Assembly (NCBI GenBank): GCA_963706955.1 | Contig: CAVPOC010000006.1 | Coordinates: forward strand, 160,001-224,000 | Length of the DNA stretch: 64,000 nucleotides | From: an uncultured Verrucomicrobiae bacterium | Lineage (GTDB): Bacteria > Verrucomicrobiota > Verrucomicrobiia > Chthoniobacterales > Terrimicrobiaceae | Direction of reading: 5' to 3' | Part shown: positions 31,333-40,785 of the stretch, piece by piece | Layout of the letters: each line of letters opens with the position of its first letter | How positions within the stretch are numbered: the stretch's first letter is position 1 | Position numbers and translations under genes: made by a program | Notes under the pieces: model-generated | What the model was told of the DNA's origin: nothing | Seen by the model: only the letters and a program-made list of their open reading frames with translations | The model's database searches: none

Positions 31333-32502
31333 CACGAATGTCGTTCCAAGACCACTGCGGCATTGGCGCCGCCGAAGCCAAAGGAATTCGAAACTATCCG
31401 GCGAATCTGACCGGGCCGTATCCTGTTGGCGACGATGTCGAGGGCGAAACTCGGATTGTGTGAAATGGATGTTCGCCGGCAGAAATTCCTCGCGGAGCGC
31501 GAGACAACAGAAGGCGGCCTCGATCGCACCTGCGGCGCCGAGAGCATGGCCGGTCATACTCTTGGTGCTGCTGACGGGAGTATGTGGGCAGAGAGCGAGG
31601 ATGGCGCGCGCTTCACTCGAATCGTTCAGCGGCGTGCCGGTTCCATGGGCATTGATATAGTCAACACTGGCGGGATCAGCATTCGCGGACTCAAGGGCAC
31701 GCCGCATCGCCGTCAATGGTCCCCAGCCCGAGGGATGTGGTTGCGTCAGGTGGTGGGTGTCCGCACTGCTGCCATATCCGGTGATACTGAGATCGGAATC
31801 GTCTTTCTCGAGACAAAATACCGCCGCGCCTTCGCCGAGAGATAGTCCGGTGCGTGCCGCGTCGAAAGGGCGGCATTTCTCAGCCGTGGTCGCGCGGAGA
31901 CAGTCAAATCCTGCAAAAACCAGCTGCGACAAGGCATCATACCCTCCGGCCAGGACGCGGCGCGCACTCCCCACACGAATCATCTCACAGGCAAGCCCCA
32001 GCGCGTTTGTTCCGGACGCGCACGCGTTCGAGACGATGCGAACGGGCGAGCTAAAGCCAAATAGAGACATCGCCTGCATGACCGGTTCCTGCGGGGCATA
32101 GGCGCGAACCTTTCTTGTCGCCGACCACGCCGGGGAACCGGAGGTGAGCGAGCGATAGAACTGCTCGCCCAACGACATTCCGCCGCTGGTGGTTCCGATA
32201 ACCACACAATCCGGAACGAAGCGTGGCTTGGCCGCCAGCGCTTCCGCCATCGCTACGAGAATCATCTGCGCTGCCCGCGTCCATCGCTTGGAGCGCGCCA
32301 GGATCGATGTCGCGACTTCGCCAAGACTTTCGTCCACTTGGCCCGCCGTCTTGGCCAGGCATTTGTCGACCGCAAACAGGCGCACCGGGCTTACGCTATC
32401 GCGCGAGTGGCGCATGTTCTCGACCGTTGAGGGTAGGCCGATTCCCAACGGGCTCACACAGCCGAACCCGGAAATTGCGATCTTCGGAAAGGGCACCCGC
32501 AT
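31332..32502 (-). CDS. Beta-ketoacyl-ACP synthase (FabF/KS-alpha-like); frameshift ~31442
   Basis: Catalytic SNACASG, INAHGTGT and KSMTGHALGAAG. The C-terminal SNSFGFGGANAAVVL is in the shifted frame (ORF 31332..31547). Confidence 0.9.
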
Positions 32503-32506
32503 GAAG

Positions 32507-33892
32507 CTACTTTGGTTGTGGAACAATGGATGAGTTCGGTGCCCGTCGAAAGGAATTTATGCGGCTGACGAACAGCATCAGGCGTGTGCACAAAGCTGCA
32601 GAGGCAACGGCCAATCCAGCGACAAAACCGAACCAGATTCCCTGTGGGCCAAATCCTAGTTTGAAGGCGCCGAGGTAAGAGATCGGGAGCGCAACAACCC
32701 AATAGGAGAGCACACCAATCAGCATCGGCGTGCGCGTGTCCTCGAAACCTCTTAGAGCCCCCGCAGAGGTCACCTGAATCCCATCGAATATCTGAAACAG
32801 CCCCGCAATCAGCAACAATTGTGCAGCTAGCACTGTGACCGCAGAATCTTCAACGAACCATGCAGCGATCACCGTTCCCGCGCCCATGAACAAGGCGGCA
32901 AAAATTGCCATGATCGACGCGGTAATTCCCCAAGCTCCAAAAATGATCGGAAGATAGCGAGCTTCCTCTGCAGCTCCGCGCGCTTGGCCGATGCGCACGG
33001 CGACCGCTTGGGAAAGTCCCAACGGAATCATGAAGGTCGTGGCAGCGCAGGTAATGGCAATCTGATGCGCGGCGAGAGCTCCGGCCCCCAACCATCCCAT
33101 CATCAAAGATCCGCTGGCAAAGCCACTGACCTCGGCAAGTTGCATTCCCCCCGATGGCAGTCCGATCCCGAGCAAGCGTCGGATCTCGGTCCCGAATCCT
33201 CGCTTAAACCAAGCTACCGGCAGGGCCCGCTGGAGACTCGGAGCGGTGAGGACGTAGATGACGACGGCCGTAGCGACAGCGATGCGCGCAGTGGCGGTGG
33301 CCACCCCCGCGCCGTCGATCCCCATGGCGGGGGAGCCCAGGTTCCCATAAATCAAAACCCAGTTTAGCGCGATATTGAGGAGGACGCCCGCCATCATGAT
33401 CCAGAAGGGGACCCACGGGCGGGAGAGCGCCTCACAGAAATTCTTGGCCGCAGTGGTAATAAAAACCGGCACCGCCGACCATGCGCAGATGACAAGAAAA
33501 TTCCTGCTGGTGTTGGTGATCTCATCGCCCTGACCCAACACCGTTAGAAATGGCGCGACGAGATGGAGCCCTCCTCCCACCAGAATACCTAGAAAGAGCG
33601 CAACGAGTAAACCGCCGCGCAGAGCTTCACCGGACATCCTTTCGCGCCCGGCGCCAAACGCGAGTGACGCGCGCACACTTACCGAGGAAAGAACCGCAAA
33701 TCCAAAGACCAGAGGCACCGCCAGCACGGTGTTCGCGAACGCGCAGGCGGCCAGTGGAATTACTCCTATTTTGCCCACCATGATCGTGTCGGCCCAACCC
33801 ATGAGCATTTGTCCGACGAAGCCAGCAATGATCGGCACTGCCAACGCGAGGGTGCGACGGTTCTCAGAAAATGACTGTGCGAGCAAGGGCAT
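32507..33892 (-). CDS. MATE-family efflux transporter (NorM-like)
   Basis: LAVPII, DTIMVG, NIALNWVLIYG, GAGVAT, AAHQIA and FQIFDGIQV...GALRG; about 12 TM helices. Confidence 0.95.
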   Translation of the reverse strand: MPLLAQSFSENRRTLALAVPIIAGFVGQMLMGWADTIMVGKIGVIPLAACAFANTVLAVPLVFGFAVLSSVSVRASLAFGAGRERMSGEALRGGLLVALFLGILVGGGLHLVAPFLTVLGQGDEITNTSRNFLVICAWSAVPVFITTAAKNFCEALSRPWVPFWIMMAGVLLNIALNWVLIYGNLGSPAMGIDGAGVATATARIAVATAVVIYVLTAPSLQRALPVAWFKRGFGTEIRRLLGIGLPSGGMQLAEVSGFASGSLMMGWLGAGALAAHQIAITCAATTFMIPLGLSQAVAVRIGQARGAAEEARYLPIIFGAWGITASIMAIFAALFMGAGTVIAAWFVEDSAVTVLAAQLLLIAGLFQIFDGIQVTSAGALRGFEDTRTPMLIGVLSYWVVALPISYLGAFKLGFGPQGIWFGFVAGLAVASAALCTRLMLFVSRINSFRRAPNSSIVPQPK

Positions 33893-33950
33893 GGAACTAC
33901 AATAAAGGTGCGAGACGGAGAGATTTCCGAGCGGAGCCGAGCGCGAACCT

Positions 33951-34031
33951 TTAAGCCGCCAGCAATCCGCCGACCGCCAGGGGAGCGCGCATACCGCGCT
34001 TCACCGCAGAATTGAAAACGGCAGATTGCAT
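33951..34031 (-). CDS. Putative leaderless leader peptide (26 aa) MQSAVFNSAVKRGMRAPLAVGGLLAA
   Basis: ATG lies 7 nt downstream of a TAGAGT -10 box; TAA stop is 58 nt before the MATE start. Confidence 0.5.
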   Translation of the reverse strand: MQSAVFNSAVKRGMRAPLAVGGLLAA

Positions 34032-34038
34032 TGGCAAG

Positions 34039-34066
34039 ACTCTAGTCGCCGCCGTTTCGAAGTCAA
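34039..34066 (-). promoter_or_regulatory. sigma70-type promoter for the uORF-MATE-KS-CLF operon
   Basis: Minus strand TTGACT-16 nt-TAGAGT. Confidence 0.6.
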
Positions 34067-34144
34067 CTCATCTGCTCGCCGGCGATGGTGCGCGTCCATT
34101 ACTCCGAGGTTGCTTTTCGGGCATGCGTCAAGAGAATCACGACA

Positions 34145-34667
34145 ATGCCTCGCCGGATCGCTCTCTTAGTCGTTTCCTGCATTCTTGCGAGCTGCTCTCA
34201 GCAGGAATATTCCGGTTATCAGTATAGGCCTTACGTGGTCCGAGGTATTCGTTACGCGCCGATGTCTCCAGGACAAGCGCCCGGCTATGTGGAAGAAGGG
34301 ATCGCCTCACATTACAAGGAAGGGTGGCTGTTTCTTCCAGGACCGACGTCCCTGGGTGAGAAACAATGGCCGTGGAGTCGTGCCGGTGCGCACAAACTGC
34401 TGCCTTTGCCTTGCAGAGTGCGCGTCACGAACCTGCGAAACGGCCGATCAACAATCATTCGCCTCAATGACCGCGGGCCTTTCATTGCCGGGCGCACGCT
34501 CGATGTCACCGAACCAGTCGCGAAAGAACTCGGATTTTACGAGCGCCGGCTTGGCACCCGTGAGAATCGAAGTGCTGAGTGTCGGTGATGCTGAGTGGCG
34601 GGTCAGTCGGTCGACAATTCCTCGTGCTCTGCCAGCGAGTCCGGCGGCGCCGCGTACTGGAGGATAG
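34145..34667 (+). CDS. rlpA: RlpA-family lytic transglycosylase lipoprotein (frameshift ~34541)
   Basis: Lipobox LAS-C, EEGIASHY, AHKLLPLP, VTNLRNGRS and RLNDRGPF. The C-terminus AGLAPVRIEVL is in the shifted frame. Confidence 0.85.
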
Positions 34668-34700
34668 AGGTTCGTCGGCAAGCGCCGGCGCCTCGCCAGG

Positions 34701-36747
34701 TCAACTCGAGATATCGGCCTTCCGCTGGTCGAGGAGTTCTTTAGCCGCCTTAAGTTGCTCCTCGCTTCCGATCAGAAGAAGCTGGTCGCCGCTTTCCAGC
34801 TCTTCGCCGGGATTGGGATTTACGATGCTGTTGCCATGGCGTTCGATACCAACGACGCTCGCTCCCGTCTGGGTGCGCAGCTTCAGCTCGGCGATCATCT
34901 TGCCAGCGGCTTGTGTGCCGCTTTGAATTTCGACCGTTTCGAGCCGGGCCTCGCGCAACAGCGGTGGCAGGCTGGGGGCTTCCTGCAGCAAGGGCGGATC
35001 CGCCGGTTGCGCAAACGTGTCGCGCAGGGCCGATTGAGCACGCGAGTAGAGCTTCACAGCGCCGCGGTAAAAAAGGAAACTGGCAATCGCCATGATGACG
35101 AGCGTAATCAGGAGCACATTTCTCGAAGGCAGAAGCGTTGAACTGAGCAGAGCAACCAGCAGCACAAGAATGCCAGTGCCACAAACCAGGATCGTGCTCG
35201 AGATTACCGCCTGAAGCCCGGAGTCTTCGGACCCGGCCTTCTCCAAACCTACCGCCGTCTCTGCCACGAGCATCGCTCCTGCCTCGATCTTTCGCCAGAC
35301 GGCGACCAGGAGCGGAAAGCTGACAAGCAGAGCGGTCAGCCAGGTAGCTGCCTTGGTGCCGTCTTCTCCTCCTGGAAAGTTCGGGCCACCATGCCTGGAC
35401 GCGGTTATGCAGAAAAACGGCTCCGATGAAAATCCCGGCAACGATTAACAGGTTCACGGCGATCTGGCCTCCCAACTTCCCCAGAATCCTTCGCTCAATA
35501 CGTGATCCGTTCTGTGTGCTGAGCTTGCCAACTCTCTCGCTGTAAGCATCGATTGCCTGGAGGAGAGGCCTCGGTGCCACGCGATCGAACCATTCCACCA
35601 ACACGTCGGAACTCTTGATGAGATAAGGCGTGAACAGGGTGGTGAGCGAAGAGACGGCAACGGCGATAGGGTAAATGAAGTCGCTTGTGACGTTTAGAGT
35701 AAGTCCCAAGGATGCGATGATGAAAGAGAACTCACCGATTTGAGCAAGGCCCATGCCGACTCGCAACGAAGTTCGCATATCATTACCGGCGACAAAGCTT
35801 CCCAAGGAGCAGGTCAAGACCTTTCCCAAGACGACGACGATAGTGATGATAAATATTGGCAGCGCATATTTCGCGAGGAGGGCGGGCTCGATAAGCATTC
35901 CGATGGAGACGAAGAAGACGGCGCTGAAAAGGTCACGCACCGGGTGCATGAGGGTCTCGATCTTGTAAATCTGACGAGCCTCCGCGATCACCGCTCCAAT
36001 CAGAAAGGCGCCGAGCGCCACACTGTAGCCCAGCTTTACCGTGACCAGTGAGATCCCGAAGCAAAGCCCGACCACGGTAATGAGCAACATCTCGTCGCTT
36101 TTGAAGCGGGCGACATAGTCGAGGAGGCGCGGAACGACAATAAGACCGGCGACCAGGAGAATGCCAAGGAAAGAGCTCAGGCTCAAGATCGTCATACCGA
36201 TCGTTTGCGCCTCAACTTCGCCGGTTCTGGCAAAGCCGGAGAGCAGCGCGATCAATACGATGGCGAGGATGTCTTCAACGATCAGGATGCCGAAGATCAA
36301 GTTGGCAAAGCGTTCACGCGTCTTCCCGAGACCTTCGAGCGCTTTTATGATGATGGTTGTGGAGGAGATGGAGAGGATCGCACCGAGAAAGACGCTATCC
36401 ATCGTGTTCCACCCGAAGGCGCGTCCCAGCCCATAACCAGCCAGAAGCATCAAGAGGATTTCGAGGCTGGCGGCGATGAACGCAGTGGCCCCAACTTGCC
36501 GCAGCTTGCGCAAGCTAAATTCAAGCCCGAGCGCGAACATCAGGAAGATGATGCCAAGCTCGGCGAGCGTTTCGATGGCGTGCTCGTCCGCAATCAGGGC
36601 AAACGGCGGGGTATGCGGTCCAATGATGACTCCGGCAAGGATATAGCCGAGGACGACGGGCTGGTTGAGTTGGCGGAAGATGATCGTGGCCAGAGCCGCC
36701 ACGCTCATCACGATAGCCAAGTCTTGCAGGAAAGATGTTTGATGCAT
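34701..36747 (-). CDS. CPA2 cation:proton antiporter with C-terminal TrkA-C (RCK-C) domain; frameshift ~35378
   Basis: QPVVLGYILAG, GLEFS, SSTTIIIK, ILIVED, FFVSIG and LAQIGEFSF. ORF 34701..35441 supplies LRTQTGASVVGIER...GDQLLLIG. Confidence 0.9.
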
Positions 36748-36917
36748 GTCCGTTCCGTTAGCTGCAGCCCCGAGCCGACATCTCCTCTGGCTGCGCCGGG
36801 CTACGATGCCCTCTGCCGGCAAGGCCCAACCAAATGCCAGGGAATTCTTCGACTATTTGAGCCACAAGCCCGGCAAATGTCCAATCCGGAGCTTCGAAAG
36901 GGCCAGTCCTTTGGATA

Positions 36918-37605
36918 CTATTTCCGAGCCCTCGCTAGAGTGTCATCTTTCGAGGAGAGGAATGCGGTGATGGATCGATGGATTTCAACCGAGAAGACTG
37001 GCCAAAGGTGCATCGGAACATCGGTTCGAAGGAGCACGTTCGCTTTGTCCCATCGCCCTGAGGAACCGGGAAAAACCATGAGGTCATACGGACACCACGT
37101 TACCAAGGTCGGATACGTCCAGGGCGCCGCATTCAGCTGCCTGAGAAATGCGCTTCCGGGTCTCATTTCCCTGCACGCGGAAAGCGGCACGAAAAACGCC
37201 GCTGCACTGCCATGATTCGGAGAGTTTAATAGCGCTACTTTTTTCACTTTCGACTCAGGGCTTTGCCGGAGAGCCTCGCGAATCACCAAACCGCCCATGC
37301 TATACCCAATGAGGTTCACCGGGACATCGAGTTGGCGGAGCTGCGAGGAAAGTGCTTTGGCGAGAGCCTCGATCGAGACGCGTCCGCTGTTATCGTATCT
37401 GCCAAATCGTGCAGGGACCGACTTCTTTGGCGATGCGGCTGCGGAGGCGTTCCCATCGCCGGTGCGAGCCCCAAATCCCATCGATGATTAACGTTTGCGT
37501 AGAATTCTTCCGTTTATCGGGTTTGCTTTCAGCGGATGATACAGACAAGCACGAAACCATCAGAATCGCGCCGGTCCACGCGCAAAGGCTCCTCTGAACG
37601 CTCAT
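36918..37605 (-). CDS. Secreted alpha/beta hydrolase (lipase/esterase); frameshift ~37400
   Basis: Signal peptide and IIDGIWG oxyanion loop (ORF 37390..37656) join GYSMGG nucleophile elbow, SPNHGS, D and H (ORF 36918..37481). Confidence 0.82.
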
Positions 37606-37938
37606 TCCAATCGCTTTCTTGTTGTGAGAGACTAGCGAGGTCTGGCATCTATGCATCGTTCTCCGTATGCGGCCTGGCTCTTCGATAGCGGCGATTCAAC
37701 AAGTCTCATCTGCAGTCGGAGATAGTTTCGCCAGGCTCCGTCATTGCGCAAGCGCGCGGCACTTCTATTTTCCGATAGTTGCGAGTCGGACGTGCATGCG
37801 ATCGACTCCGGTGAAGCCATGTCGTTGATGAAGTTCCTTCCTCTCCTCTCAAAATTCTGTAAGTATTTCCCGCGCGTCTTTCTGGTCGGCGCGAGGACTG
37901 CCTTGGCGAGTCCTCTCAGAGCGCCGCCGGTCTCAACA

Positions 37939-38649
37939 ATGAAGCGAGCCTTCCTATTTCCTGCTACGGTTGCCAGCGTTTGTCTTGCGCTCTGCTCATG
38001 CGCGTCCGTAAGCGTGAGGGAGGTCATCCCTTTGACCGAACCGCCGGTCTCAGCGCCGCAGACCATCTTTGTCGAGACGTTTGAATTTGAAGACGACATG
38101 GTTCGAGTCGGGCGCCAGGGAGAGGAACTCGAGCAATTCAAACGCGCGATGCAGCAAGAGATGACCTCGAATCTGCTTGAACGAATTCGCAAATACGTCG
38201 CTCCGGCGCAGGCAGTCTCCTCTGCGGCCGAAGCGCCACCGGGAAAATCGTGGTTAATCAGCGGCCGGTTCACTCGCGTGAACCAAGGAAGCCGGTTCCT
38301 ACGAGGCGCATTGGGATTCGGCAGCGGCGGCACGAAAATGGATGTAACGGCGATAGTCTCGGACCTATCGGGAAAAGCTCCGAAGCGATTCCTCATGATC
38401 CAGACAAGCGGTGGGTCTAACGCGATGCCAGGGGCCATCGTCGGAGTGTTCGCCTGGCCGGCGAGCTTTACAGGAGCGCACGGCCTTATTGCCGGGCTCT
38501 CCAGTGATTGCCGCCGCACTTCCCGCGAAATCACCAGTGCCCTCGCCCAATATATGAAGAGACACGGCCTGCAGGTCGCCGACGATGTGCCAAAGCCAAA
38601 GCCAAAAGGCAGTTTGCCCTGGTTGCCGCAGCGAAGAGACGAGGGCTAG
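37939..38649 (+). CDS. DUF4410-like lipoprotein
   Basis: Lipobox LCS-C; ISGRFTRVNQGSRFLRGALGFGSG pattern. Confidence 0.75.
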   Translation: MKRAFLFPATVASVCLALCSCASVSVREVIPLTEPPVSAPQTIFVETFEFEDDMVRVGRQGEELEQFKRAMQQEMTSNLLERIRKYVAPAQAVSSAAEAPPGKSWLISGRFTRVNQGSRFLRGALGFGSGGTKMDVTAIVSDLSGKAPKRFLMIQTSGGSNAMPGAIVGVFAWPASFTGAHGLIAGLSSDCRRTSREITSALAQYMKRHGLQVADDVPKPKPKGSLPWLPQRRDEG

Positions 38650-38716
38650 TTTTAGGCCTCGCCGCAGACGGCTGTTGCAAGAGTATTTGAAGGGCCTCGC
38701 TGCGCATGTTTCCCGC

Positions 38717-39610
38717 GTGCGTTGCTTCTACCATCCTGGCTACTCGTACCCGTTGCCGGAGGAGCATCCATTTCCCATGGACAAGTTTTGGCGCGCGGAG
38801 CAGATCATCCGTGCTGAGTGCCCAGAGGTGACCATCACCTGGGTTGAGCCCGCTTCAATCCCTCAGCTCAAGCGCGTCCATACCGCGCGGTATTTGACGT
38901 CGATCCGGAGCGGTGACTTGCACCGCGAGGCAATGGTTCGTCTTGGGCTGCCGGCATGCGAGGAGTTGCTGACCCGCTCACGACGCGAGACGGCCGGGAC
39001 CATCGCGGCGATGTGGGCGGCGCTCGAAGATGGTCTAGCTTGCAATTTGGCAGGTGGAACACACCACGCCTTTCCGGATCGCGGGCTTGGCTATTGCGTC
39101 CTCAACGATGTCGCCATCTCCATTCGCGACTTGCATGCGGCCCACCCGAAGCGGCGGGTATTTGTAATCGATACCGATGCCCACCAAGGCAATGGCACGA
39201 ACGAGATTTTTGCCGCGGACGATCGGGTATTCACCTATTCAATTCATGTCGGTCGAAATTATCCCGCAGAAAAAAAGCCCGGGTCGCTGGATGTGGCTTT
39301 GCCCCGGCAGGTAAGTGGCGCGGAATATCTCGCTGGCCTGGAACAGACGCTGCCTGTCGCCTTCGAGCTCTTCGCACCAGATCTTGCCTTTTGGATTTCT
39401 GGCTGTGATCCGCACGAAAACGACCGATTTGGCCAGATGAGGCTCAGTGACGCCCATTTGGCCGCTCGCGACCGGCTGGTATTGGATCTGGTGACAGGAA
39501 GCGGCGTTCCTTTGGCTGTTCTCTACGGCGGCGGTTACAACCGTGATCGCCTCCACACCGCCCGCCTGCATGCCAATACCATCAAGCTGGTAGGAAGTTA
39601 TCCACATTGA
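38717..39610 (+). CDS. Histone deacetylase family Zn-dependent amidohydrolase
   Basis: HPFPMDKF, GGTHHA, GYCVLND, DTDAHQGNGT, GCDPHxxDRFG and GGGY. Start is uncertain. Confidence 0.93.
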   Translation: MRCFYHPGYSYPLPEEHPFPMDKFWRAEQIIRAECPEVTITWVEPASIPQLKRVHTARYLTSIRSGDLHREAMVRLGLPACEELLTRSRRETAGTIAAMWAALEDGLACNLAGGTHHAFPDRGLGYCVLNDVAISIRDLHAAHPKRRVFVIDTDAHQGNGTNEIFAADDRVFTYSIHVGRNYPAEKKPGSLDVALPRQVSGAEYLAGLEQTLPVAFELFAPDLAFWISGCDPHENDRFGQMRLSDAHLAARDRLVLDLVTGSGVPLAVLYGGGYNRDRLHTARLHANTIKLVGSYPH

Positions 39611-39714
39611 AGTGCCGCATCGTTTTTTAGGCAATCTCTGCGTGCCGGGCGCGAGAAAGCTGCTGCGCGAGCTCCGAACTGTTGACGCAGCCTTCTAGCT
39701 CAGCCCCGACGACG

Positions 39715-40176
39715 CTAGGAACGCAAGGTCATCGCCAGGCACAAGAGCACGAAGCCTATGAGCAGAAGCCAGGATCGCAACCCCTGAAAAAACTCCCAAC
39801 GGTTCCGCGACTCCTTCCAGTCGCCGGGCGGGTTATCCGCATCCCATTTTCCTGTCGCTAGATTTATCGGAACGTTGAAGATGATCGTCGAGACAAGGGC
39901 TGCCACCAGTGAAACCGCCGAAGCCCAACGAAGCGTGCGCGCTACCTCTTCAACGTCTTTCAGCTGCACCGCGTAGCAAACAGAGAGAATCACAGAGAGC
40001 GTCATTAAGACGGGCATCACGCGCCCGAATGTTTTCAGAAGGCCCTGCTCAACCCGAATGTGGTCCTTCGTTGGCAGCCGGCGGATCACCGGATGCACGA
40101 ACGCGTACGAACCGAATTCAGCGCAAGAAGTAAATCCCACCACAGCGAGGGTGATAAAGCCGAGGATATCCATCAC
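39715..40176 (-). CDS. DUF1772 / anthrone oxygenase-like membrane protein
   Basis: Four TM helices; NVPIN...PPGDWKESRNRWE...LR motif. Confidence 0.8.
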   Translation of the reverse strand: MMDILGFITLAVVGFTSCAEFGSYAFVHPVIRRLPTKDHIRVEQGLLKTFGRVMPVLMTLSVILSVCYAVQLKDVEEVARTLRWASAVSLVAALVSTIIFNVPINLATGKWDADNPPGDWKESRNRWEFFQGLRSWLLLIGFVLLCLAMTLRS

Positions 40177-40357
40177 GATTGCTACTTAGGCTTTCGTTTC
40201 TGAATCGCAGTGACTGCTTACTTATACTCGAGTGGATCATTCGAAAAGTGTAGTAAGCAAGCTGAGGTTTCGTGTGTCCGGAACAAATCCTTCTATCAGC
40301 GACAATATTAGCTCCAGCCTAACACAATCGCCTTCCTTGCCACTGGAGCACGCGCAA

Positions 40358-40486
40358 GTTCATGACGACGCTGCAAAGGTGTGGCTTCAGTTGAAGGTCG
40401 AGCAACGATCGCTGAGATACGGACCCTATGTGGGTCAAATGTATCACACTCAGTCGACTTAAAAGACCACGAAGCGAGCACTGAAC
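40358..40486. ncRNA. Candidate rod-like structured RNA
   Basis: Seven nested complementary segments in an intergenic region; see findings. Confidence 0.35.
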
Positions 40487-40785
40487 AACAGTCTCAATTC
40501 GACGTTGACTTAGACTTAATGAGGAAAATAAGTTGCAAAAATAAGCAAATTAAACCTTGCTAAGCGTTTAAAGATCTGCCAAGAAGAGGCGCGTCCGTAA
40601 TCTCCCCTCCCCACATGCCCCCCGGGATTCCCTCCTGCCGGGACGTCAAGACCTGGGTTTGCGCTGCAACCCTCGCTTTGGCGTTCGGCGCGTCGACGGC
40701 CAGTTCTGGCTGAACTGGAAAGCGCTTATTCGCCGTAATTGACGGCCCTTCCGGGCGGGCACCGACGGGAATTTTCCGTGAAAAG

